From NCBI GenBank assembly GCA_000165425.1, contig CT868274.1:248001-312000 (forward strand): a DNA stretch of 64,000 nucleotides, in the 5' to 3' direction. Position numbers and translations under genes: made by a program. Each line of letters opens with the position of its first letter. Positions within the stretch are counted from its first letter, which is position 1. Below are positions 56,099 through 64,000 of the stretch, piece by piece. This DNA is from Paramecium tetraurelia. Taxonomy: Eukaryota. Under the pieces are notes generated by a model that saw only the letters and a list, made by a program, of their open reading frames with translations, had not been told where the DNA came from and ran no database searches.

Positions 56099-56968
56099 AT
56101 GGTTAAACAAAGGAACTCGAAAAATGGTTTTATGTTTAAACTTAAATCTATTCTCCTTGTAAAATTTATAAAAATACACTAGAATAATAAATATAGTGAA
56201 ATTTTACAAATCAACCTTGATAAAAATGGTTTCATTATTCATGATTTGGATAAATTCAAGAATCAAGTCTTAAAAGAAAACTATCGACACACTAATTTCA
56301 ATAGTTTCAGAAGGTATGAAAGTATTTTATATTAAGATCCTTAAATTTGTATGGGTTTTCTTCAAAAAAATACAAAAAAAGGAAAATATTGTATATGAAC
56401 CCTAATTTCAACATAAATGCAGAAGAACTCCTAAGAATTCAAATAAGACCAGCTGAAATATAGGATTTCAAGAGCGAACTAATTAGGGACTACAATACAT
56501 TATACGATATTCGGGAAAGTTAAAAAAAAATCATGCAATAAGTTTAACAGCTAATTGAGGCTTAAAATATATTGCACTAAAAAATTCAGAGATAATATTT
56601 GGCTTATTTAAAAGAGAGAATATTTTAAAGAATCCGATTTAGGAAATTAGAACGATTTTGTTTTTCCTTCTATTTTAATATACAAGATTAAAAGTACAGT
56701 AACTAAAATTATTATGCATTGAATAGAAAAAATTATAGAAAGAAGTCTGGTTATAGTTGCAAAAACACTTTCACAATCATCTGAAAGTTAGATGATTTTA
56801 GATACTTATAATTTGAATTAATAACAAGAAACATATTAATAGCAGTTTAGTATGTATTTGGATAGAAATCTTCTATCTAATGGAAACAGTAAAGCATTAT
56901 CAAACAGTCCAGGAGAATTTGACTTGAATTAAAGTTTTAGTGCTTTGAGTAACTACTTCGAGTTTTGA
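56099..56968 (+). CDS. HSF-type DNA-binding domain protein (copy 2)
   Basis: FIIHDLDKFKNQVLKENYRHTNFNSFRRSLNLYGF. First two introns at the same positions as in copy 1. Confidence 0.85.
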
Positions 56969-57025
56969 GAAATTATATACTAAATGAAGGGATATTTTTG
57001 AAATAAAATAATTATTAAATATTAA

Positions 57026-57975
57026 TCAAATAGCTCCATCTACTCTGGTCATGACAGCGCAAGAATTACCTGGTTTCAACCAAATATGTCCTTGTTCTCC
57101 CCATCCTTCACCCCATGAGTTTCTAATCTTCCAATTTCCTGCATAATCGAAACCAACGGCCACAACAGCGTGATTGTGGAAATCATCTCTGCATGCTCCA
57201 TCATATACTCCTTGATTATAGAATTTCCAATAAGTGGCATCGACGCTCACTGATAATGGGTAATTTTAAATTCCCTTTTTGATAGCATCTTCATTTGGAC
57301 CATAGTTTTCTCTTCCTGCAATTCTAACCTTTCCTTATTTTACCTTGCATACACCATCTTTTGCAGTCTATATAGATATTTAATAATATTTACATATTCA
57401 TAATCTCTTTCGTAAACAGAACCAACTTCAGCGATGTAATCCAATGCCAAGTCTGAATTACCTCCATTACATCCTTCTCCTGCATCAACGGCACAATCTA
57501 CCAATTGTTATTCAGACAACACTCCTTTGAAGCCTTTTCTTATAGCCAAGAAACCTTCAACTGCGCCAATAGCAGAGAAAGTCCAACATGAACCACAATT
57601 ACCTTGATTCTTAATAGGATTCATTTTGCTAGCCCAGTCAGCATCTCCTAGGGTATTTCCTTTGCTCAATTCAATATTATCAATCTTAACATAGGTGGGC
57701 TTTCCTAGATACATAGATTGGAATTCCTCATCAGTCAGATCAGCAAATTGATTGACTGCCATACTATAGCTTTTGTTAGGGTTTGAGTTATGTTTGTTAA
57801 TTAATTCAACATTTTAGTTGAAGATAACCTGTCTATATGTTTCTTCATTTGAAGTATAGAACTTGTTAAAATTCTTTTACCAAGTTTTAAAAGAGTGTGC
57901 CTCTTCGTTTTAATTGTAGAAGGCTAAACCACTTATTAACAAAGCGGTAGCAAGCAAAGATAAAATTTTCTACAT
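57026..57975 (-). CDS. Papain-family (C1A) cysteine protease, cathepsin L-like preproenzyme
   Basis: Signal peptide [20 protein letters not shown]29 prodomain NQFADLT, catalytic [19 protein letters not shown] and NSWG. One intron. Confidence 0.96.
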
Positions 57976-58214
57976 TGAATTAATAATTATAATAATGATT
58001 TTATAGACTATATATACAATGAGTGATGACATCATTGAATAGCAAATAATTAATTCAATTATTGAACTAAGTATATAATATCATTTAATATATTTGGTTA
58101 CATTAATAATTAAGAAACACTAATAATAGTATATATTAGTTGATCATATTATTGAAATCTGATGAATTTACTTTTATTATAAAATTAACAGGAAAATAAT
58201 ATATTTAATTTGTG

Positions 58215-59928
58215 ATGTAAATTTGGAAATTATTAAACTAGAAAATCTTATTTTAGTATGCTAGGCAAATTAAACCTCGTATTCCAATATAAATTGATGA
58301 ATTAAATAGACAATTTGAATAACAAAAATTAGCTATTAGAGAACAAGCAGAAAAATAAATTAGACATGCTCATTCAATTGCAGAATTAATTAGTTTGAAT
58401 AATGACGTAAGTAAATATGTTGATGTTACAGAACCTATGCTCAAAAGACTATCCAAACTCAAAATTACATCCGAAGAATTTTCTTTAAATTAAGAATTCA
58501 TTGCGAAATTAGTAAATAACAATACTAGTTAATTGATGTTCAACTTGCTCCAATTTTATGAAAATGATCGAATTGAAAAAATGATATTTGATGCATATAA
58601 AAATAAGCAATTGTCAATTACATAAGAAAACAATCTTCGACTTTTATAGATTATTGTCAAACATGGATAACAATAAGATTTGGAATAGTGGTCTTAAAAT
58701 TGGGAGTTTTAATTAAATGGCAAGAACATCTCTAAATTTTATAGTATTTTAGATTCTCTTGAAGGGAAATTACCCGATAGAGAAATCATAGTCAATAAAA
58801 TAGAATAATCAATTTATAAATATACTCATTAATACGATTATGAAACAATATACAAAATCTTAAAATATAGATCCTTTAATGAAAAAGTAATAAATGAAGA
58901 TTTACTCATTGCAATTTTAAGAAGGCTCTATCAGATAGAATTAAATTTAGAGTAACTAACTAATATCAACCAATATCTGACTGTTGAGTTATAATATTTA
59001 GATGCCTAATGGCTCAATTAAATAAATAAATCAGTTTTGCAATAATTATATCCAAATTAATAATTATTTGATCAAATAGATAATAATCTCGATGATTAAG
59101 AGGAAGAAATCATTTAGAAAAACACAGAAAACAACACAAAACGTGAAACAAAAACTGATATAAATTCTGAAGTCAAGAATGAGTTGAAAGAAGATGAGCT
59201 ATTAAAATTAGTTAAAGATTTGGAGTTAAGAACAGAGCCTTTCAAAGTTACAGATATTGAAAAACTGTTCTTAAAGTTAATGGATTAATTGTCTAAAGCA
59301 GTCATTGTAAATGATCTGAATTTGATAGCATTATCTTTTTTCAAAGAATTAGATGTTTATATGATGTAATTCTTAAATCATCTAACACCAGATGAATAAT
59401 TAATTTGCTTTAAATTTCATGCTAAATTCATTGAAACAATATACAATGAGTAATCACAAGATCCAAAATAATATAAGAAGTCTTGTCACAAGAAACTGGA
59501 ATAAATGAATAACTCGTATTATGAAATAACTTTGCAATGTCTAAAAGAATTGAATTTTGAATAGACTTTAACATTTTTAGAAGCTGTTTCAGTTTTGGGA
59601 GTCAGCAAAAGAAAAGTTTGTTAAAAAATTATGAAAGTTGGATTTGAAGGATTGTAAAAATTAGATTAATGCAAATTGGAGAATCATAAAAAGAATTATG
59701 CTCTGTTTGCTTATTATAAACTATTGCAATTATTCATTACTTAAGAATAAGATATTTTGTATATATTAATAAATATAAACCATTAGGAAAATTGAAAAAT
59801 AATTTTAAGAAATAAAAATCAATACTTTAGATCTTTAGACTGAATATTCTCACCTTGGCGTTAAAAGATAAAAAATTTAAGAATTGGAAAACCAAAATAA
59901 GAATAATGAAGATGAATTATTAATTTGA
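58215..59928 (+). CDS. Hypothetical helical protein, possibly mitochondrial
   Basis: Long open code-6 frame from MQIWKLLNQKILFQYARQIKPR. 3' exon structure uncertain. Confidence 0.6.
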
Positions 59929-60223
59929 TCAGATTTACTGTGTATAAAATTCATTCAAACAATCTTTTCTTCTTTCTCATCTTATTTTATTAGATTTTTA
60001 TTTGAATGAAAGGTTAGATATTTTAAGTTTACTACAATAATAATAATTTAATGAAATATACTTTACAAAAAAATCTAACCATTATAAGTAGATTATGATT
60101 TAGAATAATTGAGAAACTTCAACACTGTTTGTAGAATGTAAGATTATCACATAGTATTAGGATTATAAATAATTTAAAGGACTTTAAATTTTATTAATTA
60201 CAACAATATATTTATATTTATCA

Positions 60224-60631
60224 TCATTAAGATAGTATTTTCTCCAGTTCTTCTAGATCATCGAACTCATGTTTTGTTGGAAGTTTGTCTAACCATCCAT
60301 CTTAATATTTAGAGGATTATGTTTCAAGCTTATTGTGATTATTATTTAAATTATTTAACTCGAAAATTGAATGATTATCATTATCATCAAATAGAATCAT
60401 TGACTCTTCATAGAATTTTTATTTTTTTGGTTGATCCAATTAATCCAAAAATTGTTCTAATTCATCAACGAAATCTTAATCATTTACAATAGTTTTTTTA
60501 ATTGGAGGTCCTGGATTATATTTATTCATCAAGTCTAATAGATTTATGTAATTGATGCTCTCATTAATTCTACTTTGATTAACCAAAGAATGCAATAGCA
60601 TATTGTTCTGGGTTTCATCTGAATCTCCCAT
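60224..60631 (-). CDS. Small acidic hypothetical protein
   Basis: MGDSDETQNN...DDLEELEKILSQ followed by tandem TGA TGA. Confidence 0.6.
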
Positions 60632-60844
60632 AATATAATATAAAAATAATTATATAAGTAAAGATGGAAAATCTATTCTAAACACTCTCACTTTAATAAT
60701 TAATATGCAATCAATAATCTCTTATTAGATCATATTTGTGGTCTAATTTAAATATTTATATACATGTTTAAGAAGAAAATTTCAATGCTAAAATCTTGTT
60801 TAAATATTTCAAAATTAACATTCCGAAGTCTTTTTTATTTTTCA

Positions 60845-62805
60845 ATGGATCAACCATAAGTTCCACCAACTGGAGAGCAAGCCATAAGCAAATCCCAAAT
60901 GAAATATCTTAAAAAGTAAGAGGAGAAGGAAAAGAAGAAAGCTGAAAAGGATGCCTAAAAAGTTTAATAACCAGAGATAGCCGCAGATAAGGAAAAAAAA
61001 CCAAGTATTGAAATTGTTATGAATATTAGAAAAAGCCGAATAACAAGTAGAAGAAGAAGTAGATCCTCGTCTCTTCCACGAGAATAGATCTAAATAGGTG
61101 CTAGCACTTAAACAAACTAAAGACCCGTATTTATTTTTATTTAAAATAGAAACCCATACCCTCATAAATTCCAAGTGGATTTAACCATAGCCCAATTCAG
61201 AGATAAGTATGGTCCTCTTTGCACAGAAAAAGGCAAAATTCATGAGGATTTTGTCTCAGTGGCAGGAAGAGTGGTCACCATTAGATCTATGGGAGCAAAA
61301 CTAATGTTTTATGATTTATAAGGAGAGGGAACTAAAATTTAGGTGATGGCTAATGAAGCCAATCACAAAGACTAAGAGTATAGCTTTGAAAAAGTTCATA
61401 CCTTGATTAAAAGAGGTGACATCATTGGAGTAAAGGGAAATCCTTGTTTAACCAAGGCAGGAGAATTAAGTATTGCACCAGGCTTCATTCAATTGTTATC
61501 ACCAACGTTACATATGTTACCTACAGCTCACTTTGGATTCAAAGATCATGAGTAAAGATATAGAATGAGATATTTGGATTTGATTATGAACAAGAAAGTC
61601 AGAGACATATTCCTCACAAGATCATCAGTGATCAAATAATTAAGAGAATATTTTGATGGTAAAGGATTTATTGAGGTCGAAACTCCATCCTTAAATGTTA
61701 TTCAAGGAGGAGCCACTGCCAAACCATTTAAGACATTCCATAATTCATTACATAGAGATTTATTCATGAGAGTTGCTCCAGAATTATATCTTAAGATGTT
61801 AATCGTAGGGGGATTAGATAGAGTCTATGAAATAGGTAAAAACTTCAGAAATGAGGGAATTGATTAAACTCATAATCCTGAATTCACAGCTATGGAATTC
61901 TATTGGGCCTACTGCGATTATAATGATCTCATGACAGTCACTGAAGAAGTCTTGTCATCAATTGTGTTAAAGTTGAAGGGAAGTTATAAATTCAAAATTC
62001 ATAAGGGTGATAATCCTACTATCACACTTACTGAACATGACATTAAATCTGGTCATTTTAAAGAAAACGAAGAGGACTTCATAGAACTTGATTTCACACC
62101 ACCTTGGCCTAGAGTTTCAATGATGGCTGAATTGGAAAAAAAATTAGGTGAAAAATTGCCTGAAGTCTTGGAAAGTGAAGAAGCTAATGCCTTCTTTGTT
62201 GAATAAGCAAAGAAACACAAGGTTGAATGCTCTAATCCAAGAACAACTGCTAGATTAATTGATAAATTAGTTGGTCATTTCTTGGAAGTCAATTTCAGGA
62301 ATCCCACATTCTTAATTGATCATCCTTAATTAATGAGTCCATTGAGTAAAGTTCACAGACAATATCCAGGCTTAACTGAAAGGTATTATTTAAAACAAAT
62401 ATAGATTTGAACTCTTTGTTAATTATCATGAATTGTGCAATGCCTATACAGAATTGAATGACCCATTTGTTTAAAAGGCATTATTCTAAAAGTAAGTAGA
62501 AGATGCTGCCAAAGGTGATGATGAAGCTATGGGATATGATGAAGGGTTCATTAAATCTTTAGAACACGCTTTACCACCGTAAAAATTATCAAATATTTAA
62601 TCTTAGAACTGCAGGATGGGGTCTTGGTATCGATAGATTTGTGATGTTGTTAACTGATACACAAAACATCTAAGAAGTTCTTCTGTTTCCAGCAATGAAA
62701 CCTGAAATGACTATAGAGGAAATGTAGAAAATTTAAAAAGAGAAGGAGGAATAAAAATAAAAATAATAACAATAATAATAATAATAATAATAGTAACAAC
62801 AATGA
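60845..62805 (+). CDS. KARS: Lysyl-tRNA synthetase (class II, cytosolic)
   Basis: [72 protein letters not shown]-terminal poly-Q. Confidence 0.98.
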
Positions 62806-63763
62806 AGGATATTAAATAAATAAAAATATATAAAGAGTCAAATATTTTTATCATTTCCATTTAAACCAATATTTCTTATTAGTTTTTTATTTTGAGTATT
62901 TTTGATATACAATTAATCTTTATATTATAATAAAACCTATCATAAGCTAACATTTGCGACTTTCTGTAAATTGATTTGTTAATTATATAATATTAACTAG
63001 AAAGTAAATTATAATTCAATTTGATTCTCTTAAACTTGAAAAGTTTAGTCCACCATCATAATTAACAATCTGAAGATGAAGAAATAAAACTTTTCCTATG
63101 ACGAAAACAATTAAGAAGTGTGTTTATATATATGGTACTTAAGGAATTTTACATGCATATCTTTGCACATTTTTAAATCCAGAAAAAGATTTCAGAAATC
63201 TTATCACCATAAATTATTGAACTTACTTATTTGTCAGCTTTAAGCTTAGGGAATAACTTGCATCAAAGATTAAAAACTAATTTCCTCTATCTTATTATGA
63301 TATAATAAAAATTTTTTGAATTATTTGAATTGTGTTTTCAAAGGACTTGCAATTTTGTTCTGAATATTCTTAAGAATTTCAAAACAATTGGAAGAATATG
63401 CCTCTTTATCCCAGCATCAATGAATGCATAATTCGAAATTCCTAAACAACTATGGATTTAATTAGAATAGCAGGAGTGATAATTCATATTCGTCTGAGAA
63501 TCATCTAGAAAGAAGTTGGGAAGCATTGATAAAAAATGGATTTATAGAGTTAAGGCAGAAATTGAATGAGATAAAAATATGTGATATAAAGTGATGTTAT
63601 TCCAAACGCTAATTATTCTAGAATTCTCTTACATAGAGCCAAGAATTAGTCATTTGATTATATCTAAAAGCAAATATCCAAAGAATGATTTTAGGCTTAC
63701 AATTAATAACTGAAATAAATAGCATATATGACTGATTTTTTTTGCTCCTATTATTTATCAAAT

Positions 63764-64000
63764 TCATGCTTGATTTGGATACTCTTTTTAAACAACAGCT
63801 TTGAATTCATCCCAACTTAATGAGCCATCCTTATCTTTATCTGCATATTCTACCATTTCTCTTAGTTCCTAATCTGTGTATCTCTCTGATACCAAATCAT
63901 TTATTCTTTTGAAATCCTCGTAAGTAACCTTACTTTATCCAGAGGAATCAAATTCTTAATATAATTTCTCAAGCACTTATTCATCTTCAATTGTGCTATA
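63764..64000 (-). CDS. Centrin-like EF-hand protein, 3' part
   Basis: EFDSSGQSKVTYEDFKR..TDQELREMVEYADKDKDGSLSWDEF..NQA*. Confidence 0.85.

Noticed and set aside
63017..63530. Possible minus-strand hypothetical gene between KARS and the centrin
   Set aside because: Open stretches exist, but I found no consistent exon model or recognisable motif.

Overview
AT-rich, gene-dense ciliate nuclear DNA. TAA/TAG read as Gln and only TGA stops (genetic code 6), and genes are split by very short (about 21-30 nt) GT..AG introns. This points to a Paramecium macronuclear-type scaffold (genus inferred). The supplied standard-code ORF track is therefore mostly fragments or wrong-frame ORFs, so all calls were retranslated by hand. 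Recognisable genes: ZCCHC9-like, urocanate hydratase, CDPK, ODA-DC2/CCDC114-like, importin-5, START-domain protein, Sld5/GINS4-like, SPCS2, a giant C2+ankyrin protein, CBM20 protein, double-FHA protein, clathrin light chain, two tandem HSF-domain genes, cathepsin L, lysyl-tRNA synthetase and a centrin. Pseudogenes: DDX52/ROK1 and a PAS/TmcB-like gene. A gene-poor island at about 35.5-47 kb holds a minisatellite and two convergent IS630/Tc1/mariner transposase relics, one with a full DD32E triad. Other points of interest are an importin-5 frame that closes only with a GC-AG intron plus an exon-like 29-nt intron, and a repeated WxCYS...ND-L ubiquitin-like module shared by two nearby orphan genes. 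Coordinates were counted by hand, and the ends of hypothetical genes are approximate. I found no convincing new multi-gene system.
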